From positions 1,767,010 to 1,831,009 of the forward strand of contig CAVVKC010000001.1 in assembly GCA_963748875.1 (NCBI GenBank): a stretch of 64,000 bases of DNA, given 5' to 3'. This DNA comes from Vulcanimicrobiota bacterium (lineage in GTDB: Bacteria > Vulcanimicrobiota > Vulcanimicrobiia > Vulcanimicrobiales > Vulcanimicrobiaceae). Every line of letters starts with the position of its first letter. The stretch's first letter is position 1. Below the pieces are notes generated by a model. It was not told where the DNA came from and did not search any database. It saw only the letters and a list, made by a program, of their open reading frames with translations. The translations under genes and the position numbers were made by a program. Below are positions 1-8,813 of the stretch, piece after piece.

Positions 1-1117
1 AAACGGTTCCGCAGGTGCCGTCGTATACAAAGCACGAGCTGCCGCCACCACCCGCCTCCGTTGTCCCGTACAGTACTCCGTGTAGTTCGATCAGGGCGGC
101 TCGCGGAATTGCCCCATCGGAACCGCCGGCGAAAGAATATATTACTTTCTCGCCGCCTTTAGTGCTGATGCGAAAAACCGTTCCGCATTCCTGCGCGCCG
201 AACGAGCACCCTGGGTAGCCAAGGCCGCCTCCACTCGTCGTCCCGTACAGCATACCGTCCACGTCGACCAAACCGCTTCCGGGGTATCTTCCGCCGACGT
301 CCCATTGAAATGCGTAGAGAACCTTTTCCATGCCGGCCAGAGTAATGCTGAAAACGGTTCCGGTGTCGTAGCCGCTCCCGCCTGAGGCCGTGGTGCCGTA
401 AAGCACGCCCTCGACCTCGATCAAGTCCCCAAGCGGAAACGCTCCGTCGGAGCCATTGAGGAAGTTGTGTAGAACGGTCTCTTTGCCGCTTGTGGTTACT
501 TTGAAAACGGTCCCGCAGCCGGTTACGTGCATGATGCATGCCGAACGGCCGCCTTGGGAAGTCGTACCGTAAAGCGTACCGCTCAGGTCGGTTAAATCGG
601 CAAGCGGAGACGCTCCGTCGTCGCCGTTTTTAAATGCGTAAAGCACTTTTTCCGCGCCGGATGTGCTTACGCTATAAACCGTGCCGCAACCCACGCCGTA
701 CGGGCATCCTGAGCCGCCGCCCTGGGACGTCGTGCCGTATAGCGTGCCCTTCACGTCGATTAAACCGGCAGACGGATACGCTCCGTCGAGGCCGCCACGG
801 AAGCTGTGGAGTACACTCTCCGCGCCGCGCGTGCTGACGCGGTAAATGGTCCCCTTACGCGATGAACCGCCATCGAAGGTGGTCCCATACAGGGTGCCAT
901 TCACGTCGAGCAACCGCGCAGCGGGGTGCGATCCGTTGGGGCGGCGGAAGCGGAACAGCTGACGAAAGGACGTCGAAAAGGGACTTGCCGCGTTCGGAGC
1001 TGAGGCGATCGCTGACGTTGGCGGCGTCACGCCGGATGCGCCGATCGGCGCTTGCGATGCACCGCAGCCTCCAAGCAATGCAGCGGACAAACTGATGGTG
1101 AGCGCGGAGCGATTCAC
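1..1117 (-). CDS. GloVer-type tandem-repeat lipoprotein; C-terminus lies outside the window
   Basis: Absent from the ORF track because it runs off the window. My minus-strand translation from GTG (1117-1115) gives VNRSALTISLSAALLGGCGAS (lipobox LGGC). About 50-aa repeats follow, e.g. VLHSFRGGLDGAYPSAGLIDVKGTLYGTTSQGG...CGTVY. GTGA stop/start overlap with the upstream gene at 1114-1117. Confidence 0.8.
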   Translation of the reverse strand, partial: MNRSALTISLSAALLGGCGASQAPIGASGVTPPTSAIASAPNAASPFSTSFRQLFRFRRPNGSHPAARLLDVNGTLYGTTFDGGSSRKGTIYRVSTRGAESVLHSFRGGLDGAYPSAGLIDVKGTLYGTTSQGGGSGCPYGVGCGTVYSVSTSGAEKVLYAFKNGDDGASPLADLTDLSGTLYGTTSQGGRSACIMHVTGCGTVFKVTTSGKETVLHNFLNGSDGAFPLGDLIEVEGVLYGTTASGGSGYDTGTVFSITLAGMEKVLYAFQWDVGGRYPGSGLVDVDGMLYGTTSGGGLGYPGCSFGAQECGTVFRISTKGGEKVIYSFAGGSDGAIPRAALIELHGVLYGTTEAGGGGSSCFVYDGTCGTV

Positions 1118-2124
1118 AGGCGGGGCTTCCGCTCGCAGCCCACTCGCGCACAGCTTATCGCGACGGGTCCCCCGGGGACGTCGATCAACTCGATCGGATA
1201 TCCGCCACTCGGATAGTTCCAGAAGTCCACCATGTAGCGGTACGTGCCTGTTTTACTGGACCCACGTACTGCAGCGGGGCCGACGGCCTCGGTTCCCTGC
1301 TTTTCTGCCGTGGGGTTGTAAATGGCCGCTCCGCTCAAAAAATGGTCGAGCCCGGTCTTGCCGACGTACCTAACCTTGCTGCCGGTTATTCGATAGCGAT
1401 AGAGGCCCGGAGCCTGCCCGACTACCCAGTCCTTTCCGTCCCAAAGAATGTCCGTGGGATGGAGGAAGTATCCCGACGCGTACGGTCTGATGTCAATGGA
1501 GATCAACTTCCTACCGGTTCTCGGCAAATATGCAAACCCCGCGGGTGGGCAGCTGGAGCTGGGTATGGTGCAGCCGGTCGTTACGAGCAGATCGCCGTCG
1601 TTATCGTAGCCGACAGCGGCATAACGGTACAGACCGGTATAGACGATCGGCCTTTTCTTCCCGGGCCTGTAGATTGAAACGCCGAATTTCCAGTTAGCAA
1701 TCGCAAGATCTCCGTTTAGTGGACTGACGGCGCAGCGCAGCGGTGTGTGTGCTTTGAAAATCTGGATCGGCTTCGTGCCGCCGTGCGCGTACTCAACGAC
1801 GTCGTTGGCTTTAGAGTCGGTGATGTACACGTTGTCCGCGCTGTCGACGCACTCGCCGCGTGCCGATATGAAACCCGTGAGGTTACCGACCTGCGTGCGT
1901 TGCCAGTACCTGTAGACGTCTACCGTCGTGCCGTTAGAGACGTACAGCAGGTCTCGATTTGCGATACCATCGGCCATCCAAGCGCGCGACTGCTCCCGGC
2001 TATCGGTCGCGGCGGTTCGCGGCGCCAAGCCCGGCATGGACTGCCCTGACTGCGAGCCGCCGCAGGCCGCGAGCAATACAGCGACCGTGCTGCTAACAAC
2101 GGCGTAACGGCACAGATTCAACAT
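1114..2124 (-). CDS. beta-propeller-like lipoprotein (paralog of 35414..36358)
   Basis: ORF 1114..2139. ATG at 2124 is preceded by GAGGAG. Signal and lipobox MLNLCRYAVVSSTVAVLLAACGG. Shares VEYAHGGT.P...........CAV.P.NGDLA with 35414..36358. Confidence 0.75.
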   Translation of the reverse strand: MLNLCRYAVVSSTVAVLLAACGGSQSGQSMPGLAPRTAATDSREQSRAWMADGIANRDLLYVSNGTTVDVYRYWQRTQVGNLTGFISARGECVDSADNVYITDSKANDVVEYAHGGTKPIQIFKAHTPLRCAVSPLNGDLAIANWKFGVSIYRPGKKRPIVYTGLYRYAAVGYDNDGDLLVTTGCTIPSSSCPPAGFAYLPRTGRKLISIDIRPYASGYFLHPTDILWDGKDWVVGQAPGLYRYRITGSKVRYVGKTGLDHFLSGAAIYNPTAEKQGTEAVGPAAVRGSSKTGTYRYMVDFWNYPSGGYPIELIDVPGGPVAISCARVGCERKPRL

Positions 2125-2142
2125 GGTGCAGCTCCTCACGGA

Positions 2143-3129
2143 CTAGCGAGTGACAGCAATTCCGTTTGTGTAAACGTCATCCCCCTCATATAGGGTCGGT
2201 TTCGTACGCGCGGTGAGCGGATAGGGCATCGAGTAGACGTATCCCTCATCCACAGAAACCCACAGCGTCGTCTCGCTTTTCCGCATCGCCAACTGCGCGC
2301 CGAAGAAGCCCTGCGGCAACTGCACCGTCACCGACGGCGCCTTCGCTGCGGGCGGAAACACGTCGACACGATCGGCCGACGACTCGACGACAAGGACGTT
2401 CCCGGAACGATCGACGAGTAACCCTTGAGGCGCCTGTATCGTCATACCCAGAAGCCGCTTGTTACGAAGGCCCGGTGCGAACTTCGCGATTGTCCCATTT
2501 TGATTATATGCATTCCGCCGATAGGCCACATAGAGATTACCTTTTGTGTCCTCGGCCAAGCCATCCGCCTCTATGCCTAATCGCACGGTCTTGATCGGAG
2601 CGTTAGTACCGGCGTTGTACTCGACGACGTACCCCGTCGTGTTGAAGCCAGGTTGACGATCCGCTACGAAGACGTGTTTCGCCGAATCGGCCACTGCGTA
2701 TAACGGTTGGTGCAATCCGGCCGAGTAAGTCATCGACGGGTTCGAGGAGCCATACGGGTAAACGGTGACGGTGCCGTTGTTGTAATACGGGCGCCCGTTG
2801 GCGACGTAAAGCGTATCGTTAGCATCGACGCTCAAGCCCCAAGGGCCATCGATACCGTTTGAGATCGAGCGTAGCCGTTTCTGATGCCCCTGCTTAGTGA
2901 GAGGGAAGATATCGATTGCGTTGTTGTGCTCCCCGGATCCGTTGTAGTCGTCGCCGATGTACAGCCGGCGATGGTGTTTAGCGGAGCGCGGAAGCGGGCT
3001 CGACGCTCGGTTCAACATCGCGCCGTCTGGTAAGGGCGTCGAGGTTTGCTGCGGGGCGCCACAGCCGGCGTACGCTATCGCAATCGCGATGCTGAAGATG
3101 AAGCTCAGACGCTTAGGGATTTGAGCCAT
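2143..3129 (-). CDS. NHL-repeat-like beta-propeller lipoprotein
   Basis: ORF 2143..3255. The internal ATG at 3129 gives MAQIPKRLSFIFSIAIAIAYAGCGAP (lipobox) and avoids overlap with 3225..4169. Blade-like motifs LYVAN, VFVAD, LYVAY, VLVVES. Confidence 0.7.
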   Translation of the reverse strand: MAQIPKRLSFIFSIAIAIAYAGCGAPQQTSTPLPDGAMLNRASSPLPRSAKHHRRLYIGDDYNGSGEHNNAIDIFPLTKQGHQKRLRSISNGIDGPWGLSVDANDTLYVANGRPYYNNGTVTVYPYGSSNPSMTYSAGLHQPLYAVADSAKHVFVADRQPGFNTTGYVVEYNAGTNAPIKTVRLGIEADGLAEDTKGNLYVAYRRNAYNQNGTIAKFAPGLRNKRLLGMTIQAPQGLLVDRSGNVLVVESSADRVDVFPPAAKAPSVTVQLPQGFFGAQLAMRKSETTLWVSVDEGYVYSMPYPLTARTKPTLYEGDDVYTNGIAVTR

Positions 3130-3224
3130 CGTAAGTCCCCTCATGCACCCTTCTTTGCGGTCGGCGTGTCCCCTGCGGCATCGCCTTCGGACGCAGGGCC
3201 GAGTGCGACGCACCGTGATTTTAT

Positions 3225-4169
3225 CTAAGCTTCGAACGGGAAAAGTTGCTTCCAATCGTCTTTCATACTAATGACGATCCAGCCTTTTGCCTTCGCTTCG
3301 TCGTAGAGTGCCTGAGTGAACGCGCCGAACTTCGTGTCCGTCTGCGGACTGCTTGGACCGTATGCATACTCGCGCTTCTCATCGTCGTGCATCACCAGCG
3401 CCATTAGTCGTGCTCCGCTCCCTGACTGTGTGTACTCAAGCATCTGCTGGTCTCCGGTACTGTTTCCAAACGCCGCTTGCGGCGGCCGCCCTAGAAAAAG
3501 GTAGATGTCTTGCGGTTTGCCTGCAGAGTCGTCGTATAACAACAGCTTAGGAGGGCGCATTAGGACTGCTTTACCGCTCGCATTATGCTCGAACTGCGTG
3601 GCAAGCGACGACCCGATGACTTCCTCAGGCCTAGCGTCGTATACTTTGTCCGCATAGGTCCGTACAAAGGCCTGCCCGCCTCCGGTAACGATATACACCT
3701 TGTATCCGTTCGCACGCAGATACCGCATGACCTCAAGCATTGGTTGATACACAAGCTCCGTATACGAGCGGTTCCAGCGCGGGTGCTTTGCTTTGGAAAT
3801 CCAGTCGGCGACGATGCTATGAAACTCCCGCGTCGTCATGCCTGCGTGTGTCGCAGCAACGAGCGCCTCCAGATCATTCATCGTGAACTTGGCGAAGGCG
3901 GCCAGATCGCCGTCGAGGGTGGACTTGTACGGCTCCGTGATCTTCCATTCCGGGTGCTGCGGTGCCAAATCGGCAAGCCGCTGCAGAGCGAATGCGAGTT
4001 GCGCGTAGAATGGGTGCTCGACCCAGAGCGTCCCGTCCTGATCGAAGGTCGCGATGCGATCCTTCTCGGGAACGAAGTCGGGACCCGTCGAGTCGGTCGT
4101 CCTCGCAACGAAGTCCAGGATAGCCGACTTCGCCGGTCCGTCGTTCCACGAGCGAAGTGGGTCAGACAT
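3225..4169 (-). CDS. HAD-superfamily hydrolase (subfamily IB-like phosphatase)
   Basis: Motif I FDQDGTLW (DxDGT), YIVTGGG, and C-terminal FGNSTGDQQML (GDxxxD-like motif IV). 8-nt overlap with the upstream 2H gene (4162-4169). Confidence 0.75.
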   Translation of the reverse strand: MSDPLRSWNDGPAKSAILDFVARTTDSTGPDFVPEKDRIATFDQDGTLWVEHPFYAQLAFALQRLADLAPQHPEWKITEPYKSTLDGDLAAFAKFTMNDLEALVAATHAGMTTREFHSIVADWISKAKHPRWNRSYTELVYQPMLEVMRYLRANGYKVYIVTGGGQAFVRTYADKVYDARPEEVIGSSLATQFEHNASGKAVLMRPPKLLLYDDSAGKPQDIYLFLGRPPQAAFGNSTGDQQMLEYTQSGSGARLMALVMHDDEKREYAYGPSSPQTDTKFGAFTQALYDEAKAKGWIVISMKDDWKQLFPFEA

Positions 4170-4809
4170 GAAAACTCAGCGTCTTGAGATTCTTACGAGC
4201 GGTGCCGAAGTCGCCAAGCTGATAGACGGACGCCCCAGCCGGGGAGAACGTAAACGCCTCGAAGGGTGCGGCGAGCATCGCGTCAAGATATTGCTTGGTG
4301 CCAACACCGATCGTCACGTGCGGCAAGAAATTCTTCCCCGAATGGTCGGGCACAAACTTTCCGACGTACTCAACTAAGAGCGGCACCTCATGGAGATCAG
4401 GTTCGGATGGCAGCTTAAAGAATGCGTCCGCAGTCGCCGTTGCAACCGAAAACGGGGCGGCCCCATCGATGAGCTTCTGTTGGAGCCTCAACAGGTCGTC
4501 GGTAACCTCAACGACGATGCCCGCAAGGCCGATCGGACCCGCCGGGATGTAGTAGTACTTGTACGCCTTGAGTTTCCACGAGGACGGGTTCTCGGTCGCA
4601 ACCGCCCCGGAGATCGCGGCATACACCTTTTCGAGATCGGCCTCGCGGACGAAACGTTGTAACACTGAAACGTGCGCGTGATGCGTTTCGTCGAGGGTGT
4701 AGCCTTGCGGGAGGTTTTTGCGCAGGCGGGTGTTATCGGCCAACGAGCGCTGCACCATCGTTGCATCCGGCTCGATTGCAATATCGATCGCGACGAGGGT
4801 ATCGGTCAT
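4162..4809 (-). CDS. 2H phosphoesterase superfamily protein (LigT/cyclic phosphodiesterase-like), cytoplasmic paralog
   Basis: Two H-x-T/S motifs: HAHVSV and PHVTIG. I take the start at ATG 4809 (MTDTLVAIDIAIEPDATM), which forms an ATGA overlap with the stop of 4806..5528. Confidence 0.65.
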   Translation of the reverse strand: MTDTLVAIDIAIEPDATMVQRSLADNTRLRKNLPQGYTLDETHHAHVSVLQRFVREADLEKVYAAISGAVATENPSSWKLKAYKYYYIPAGPIGLAGIVVEVTDDLLRLQQKLIDGAAPFSVATATADAFFKLPSEPDLHEVPLLVEYVGKFVPDHSGKNFLPHVTIGVGTKQYLDAMLAAPFEAFTFSPAGASVYQLGDFGTARKNLKTLSFHV

Positions 4810-5528
4810 GGCGCAAACGTCCATTCCTTGAGCTTTTTGCGAGCCGTTCCGAAGTTGCCGAGCTGATAGACCGACACAGCTACGGGCGAGAACGTGAACG
4901 GGGTAAACGGTTCGGCTTCCAGCGTTTTCACGAATGCCACGGAAGCGACGCCGCACGTGACGTGCGCGATGTAGTTTCTGCCGGTTGATTTCGGAACGAA
5001 CTCGATGACGTACGTCATGGTCGACGCGTTGATATCAGGTTCGGTGGGGGTCGTATCGAACGCAGCCGCCGTGCCGGTTGCGACGGTATATGGGGTGATC
5101 GCGTCGATGAGTTGCTGCTGCGCTTCTAAGACGTTCGCCGGTGGCTTGGCGAGAATGACCGTGAGCGCCAGGCTGCTCCAGACGGCGTTGTCGATCTTGA
5201 ACGCTTGGAACTTCCACGTTGCTGGACTTTCTGCGCTCATGATTTTTTCAACCGCTGCATACACTTTGGGGAGATCCGCTGTGCGGACATAGCGTTGGAG
5301 CATGGTTACATGCGGGCGATGACTTGCGTCGAGCGCGTATCCTTTTGGAAAACTCTGTCGCAACCGCGTGTTGAGTGCCGCCGCGTGCTGGAGCATCGTC
5401 GCATCCGGCTCCAGAGCTATGTCGATAGCGGTAACCGTTGCGGGAGGGTTGCTCGATGCCCGAGCGTAGTTGACTTGAGGTGCCAAGCTGACAATCAGGG
5501 CCACCAAGACTGTCAAACTGTTTCGCAT
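4806..5528 (-). CDS. 2H phosphoesterase superfamily protein, secreted paralog
   Basis: Start at MRNSLTVLVALIVSLAPQVNYARA (signal peptide). HxT motifs PHVTML and AHVTCG. Clearly paralogous to 4162..4809 (AIDIA.EPDATM, SVYQLG.FGTARK.LK). Confidence 0.65.
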   Translation of the reverse strand: MRNSLTVLVALIVSLAPQVNYARASSNPPATVTAIDIALEPDATMLQHAAALNTRLRQSFPKGYALDASHRPHVTMLQRYVRTADLPKVYAAVEKIMSAESPATWKFQAFKIDNAVWSSLALTVILAKPPANVLEAQQQLIDAITPYTVATGTAAAFDTTPTEPDINASTMTYVIEFVPKSTGRNYIAHVTCGVASVAFVKTLEAEPFTPFTFSPVAVSVYQLGNFGTARKKLKEWTFAP

Positions 5529-5699
5529 GCGTATGCTCCACATGGGAAGCGTGCTATTCGACGGCCATTCGACCAAGCCGAATCCATGATAACGTCCGCG
5601 GCCATCGAGATGGGTAGATGCCCGCCGCAGCCTAGAGGGTGGGAGTTGGCGAGGCCAAAACGGACCCCCTTCAGCTAGGCGGGCCGGGTGGCGCGATTT

Positions 5700-7105
5700 A
5701 AGCGGCTGCGATCATTGCTATGAGAACTGTGAGTACACTGCGAGGCGCTGCGAGGCGTCGCACCAATGCTGCGAGCCGGTAATGTGTCGCGCGATCGGCG
5801 CCGGGCCGCGCAACTGCGAGGCTCAGCTAAACGCCTAGATGAGATGAGAAGGCCGGTCCCCAAAACGGACTTCTGAAAACGCAGTATCCGTGACGCACTC
5901 GAGGTGCAATGAAAGGAGACCGACCCTCATGACCAAGCATAGCATGAACCTCAAACGAGATAAAACGCCGGCAACGTCTCGCTCAATCGGAATCGACCTG
6001 GGCGACCGTTTTAGCGAGCTGTGCGTACTCGACGAGAACGGAGCCGTGGTAAGCCGAACGCGTCTCCGCACGACCCAGGCGACGTTGCAAGAATACTTCA
6101 GCGCGAAGGTGCCGGCGCGGGTCGCCCTTGAGACGGGAACGCATTCGGGCTGGGTAAGCCGGATCGTTGCAGCCTACGGCCATGAGGTCGTCATCGCTAA
6201 TGCCCGAGAACTGCGCAAGATTCACCAAAACGATCGGAAAAACGATCGCACCGACGCAGAGATCTTGGCGCGTATGGTTCGCTTCGATCCGCAGCTGCTC
6301 GCCCCGGTCGTTCTTCGCACCGAGCAAATGCAGACCGACATCTCGCTTATCCGCGCACGTGACGTGCTGGTTGGCGCGCGAACGAAGCTCATCAACGCGG
6401 CGCGCGGACTGACCAAAGCCCTCGGCAGCCGCTTGCCGCGATGCACCAGCCCGTACTTCGCCCAGCGCGTTCGCGAACAGATGCCCAAGGAGCTAACATG
6501 GACCTTGACACCGCTGGTTACGGCGATCGATGCGCTCACCGAGCAGATTCGCTATTGCGACAAGCGCGTCGAGACCCTAGCTAAAGAACGCTATCCCGAG
6601 ACAGCGGTGCTGCAACAGATCGCTGGAGTTGGATCGCTAACGTCGTTGGCCTTCGTGCTGACACTCTTCGATAAGGGGCGCTTTGCGCGCAGCCGCGACG
6701 TGGGGCCGTACCTCGGACTGGTCCCGCGACAGGACCAATCCGGTGACCGCTCACCACAGTTGCCGATCACCAAAGCCGGCAACGGGTATCTGCGCAGATT
6801 GCTCGTCGGCAGCTCGCACTATATCCTGGGGCCTTTTGGACCGGATTCAGACCTGCGCCGCTTCGGGCAGCATCTGGCTGGGCGAGGCGGCAAGAACGAC
6901 AAGAAACGCGCCATCGTGGCCGTGGCTCGCAAGCTTGCGGTGCTCATGCATCGATTGTGGGCCACGGCGGAAATCTACGATCCATTGCGATTGGGCAAGG
7001 TCGCGGCCGAGGCTAGCATCGCTTAAGCGCTAGAATTAGCAGACCGCGGGCCCTGCATAGTTTTTTCAGCGAACAATTCGCCGCGTTTTGGTGACTGCGA
7101 CTCGC
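5700..7105 (+). mobile_element. IS110-family insertion sequence (boundaries approximate)
   Basis: Contains the DEDD-type transposase gene 5929..7026. No terminal inverted repeats are seen, as expected for IS110. CTGCGA occurs near both proposed junctions (5705-5710 and 7098-7103). Confidence 0.5.
5929..7026 (+). CDS. IS110-family transposase (DEDD N-terminal domain plus Transposase_20-like C-terminus)
   Basis: IGIDLGDRFSELCVLDENG, ALETGTHSGW, RKNDRTDAEILARM, and C-terminal QIAGVGSLTSLAFV...GLVPRQDQSGDR. AAGGAG RBS at 5913-5918 lies upstream of ATG 5929. Confidence 0.9.
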   Translation: MTKHSMNLKRDKTPATSRSIGIDLGDRFSELCVLDENGAVVSRTRLRTTQATLQEYFSAKVPARVALETGTHSGWVSRIVAAYGHEVVIANARELRKIHQNDRKNDRTDAEILARMVRFDPQLLAPVVLRTEQMQTDISLIRARDVLVGARTKLINAARGLTKALGSRLPRCTSPYFAQRVREQMPKELTWTLTPLVTAIDALTEQIRYCDKRVETLAKERYPETAVLQQIAGVGSLTSLAFVLTLFDKGRFARSRDVGPYLGLVPRQDQSGDRSPQLPITKAGNGYLRRLLVGSSHYILGPFGPDSDLRRFGQHLAGRGGKNDKKRAIVAVARKLAVLMHRLWATAEIYDPLRLGKVAAEASIA

Positions 7106-7337
7106 GCTAGGATCGTTTCAGATCGCCGCCTAGATGGCAGCACCAGACTCTACGATGAACCCCAAAGTGCACCGAGCCGCCAATGGCTTACAGCTGAGTG
7201 CGTATGGAAGCGGGGCGAGACGAATTGTTTTAGTTGAACGTGCCTGGCCGCCACGTCGGCCTTGACAAAATCGGCCTTCTCATGGAAGCGCGATGCGGCC
7301 TCGCGAGCGTGGCGGGCGAGGGCAGCGGCGTGAAACC

Positions 7338-7800
7338 TCAGTAACCCAACTGGAAGACCGTGCCGGCATTTCGGTAGCCGCCTAATTTCCGTCGCGCCGT
7401 AAAGAACGCTTTCGCTCGTCGATCTCAATAAGTTCGAAGATTGAAACGCGCCGCGAACACCGCCACTAAAGCGGTACAGCACCGTCTCCTTCCCCGTACT
7501 TGCCGAGATCGCAAAGACCACGCCACAGCCTTCGCTGTGCCCGTCACTTTTGTTTCCTCCCCATTCGGTATATCCGTACAGCGTGCCGTTCTTATACGCC
7601 GAAACGCCAGGTGACCAGCCATCGGCGCCCGGTGAGAATCGATGCAAAACTCGCTCCGTGTATTTACCTCCCGCCGCCACGAGTTCGTAGATAAAGCCGC
7701 AACTTTGGTGGAGTTTGCCGATGACGCAGCGAGTGATTCCACCCCCAGCCGCGCCGTAGAGGTTTCCCGCCGGATCGCGGACCGTCAGCCCCGGCCTCGT
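7338..7800 (-). pseudogene. GloVer-repeat protein remnant (no N-terminus, in-frame TAG, C-terminal frameshift)
   Basis: ORF 7150..7680 carries GTLYGYTEWGG...CGVVFAIS and ETVLYRFSGG. A frame shift near 7390 restores a typical ending ...GGYRNAGTVFQLGY* with its stop at 7338-7340. The same frame upstream hits TAG at 7804-7806. No signal peptide. Confidence 0.6.
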
Positions 7801-8228
7801 TTCCTAGGGCCTTTTGTGCCGCGAGCGCCTGCGCCTACGACTCGCGCCTGCCGCAACATTGCCGCAAGACTCCTGAAGCCACGCCTGCACGTTCAGGCAG
7901 TTAGCCACTCCCGGTTTATCCCCTAACGTGCGCATCGCCGCAAGCGCTCGTGCGTTCACTGCACTTACATCTTCTAAGCGGCCCATGACCGAACGAGGTG
8001 GCGTTGTACCACTATCCCCGGCGGTGCCTCGCCCATCAGAAGCGTCAGCGTTGACTACGCGCACAGCGTAACGGTCTCAGTTGCCCGAGCTCCCGGGAGT
8101 CAAAGATGAAGCTTGGGGACCCATTCTTCGGATACCGTACGACTACGACGGTGAGTCGAGTCGTCACCGTGGAGTCTCCCATCACTGTTGTGACGAGTTC
8201 GCTTTGATTTCACCGTCGGGTTGCGCTC

Positions 8229-8813
8229 CTATCTTCTAAAGAGTTTGATTGGGCGCTCGGTTCCCGCGACCAGTCTCGCGACGTTCTCGCTGTGCTTCAA
8301 GGCAATCAGTAATGCCGCAAACGCCCCGTAGAGCGTCAGCGCAGGCGACCCCGTAAAGAACCAGATCGCAACCGGCGCGACCAAGCTTCCCAACATCGAA
8401 CCTACCGACGGATAGCGCGTCAACATGGTCCCGGCGATCCAGCCGGCAATCGCGACAAGGCCGGCCGGCCAGCAAAGGCCGAGGATAGCGCCAAGGGAGG
8501 TCGCGACGCCTTTACCGCCCTTGAAGCGCAACCAAGGGGAGAAACAGTCGCCCAATACGACGGCGGCGGCGAAAGCGGCAACGAACCAGTCAGTGATCGG
8601 GTCATCGAAACGTTGCGCAAACGCGTGCACGATCAGCACCGGCACGAAACCCTTGGCGACGTCGAGCGCCAACCCCATAACCATGCCGGCTCGGACGCGA
8701 GCGAGCAAATAGCCGAACGGCATCGATCCGATCAGGTACGCGCCTACGAGGATTGCGGCGAGCAAGCCGAAGACAAAGTAGGGAAAACTCGGGGGAAGCC
8801 CGACGTCACTCAT
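8229..8813 (-). CDS. PlsY-like glycerol-3-phosphate acyltransferase family membrane protein (motif-1 region missing)
   Basis: YLIGSMPFGYLL, FKGGKGVATSLG (motif 2) and KHSENVARLVAGTE (motif 3). The DIR..GSGN.GATN segment is absent; see findings. Confidence 0.7.
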   Translation of the reverse strand: MSDVGLPPSFPYFVFGLLAAILVGAYLIGSMPFGYLLARVRAGMVMGLALDVAKGFVPVLIVHAFAQRFDDPITDWFVAAFAAAVVLGDCFSPWLRFKGGKGVATSLGAILGLCWPAGLVAIAGWIAGTMLTRYPSVGSMLGSLVAPVAIWFFTGSPALTLYGAFAALLIALKHSENVARLVAGTERPIKLFRR

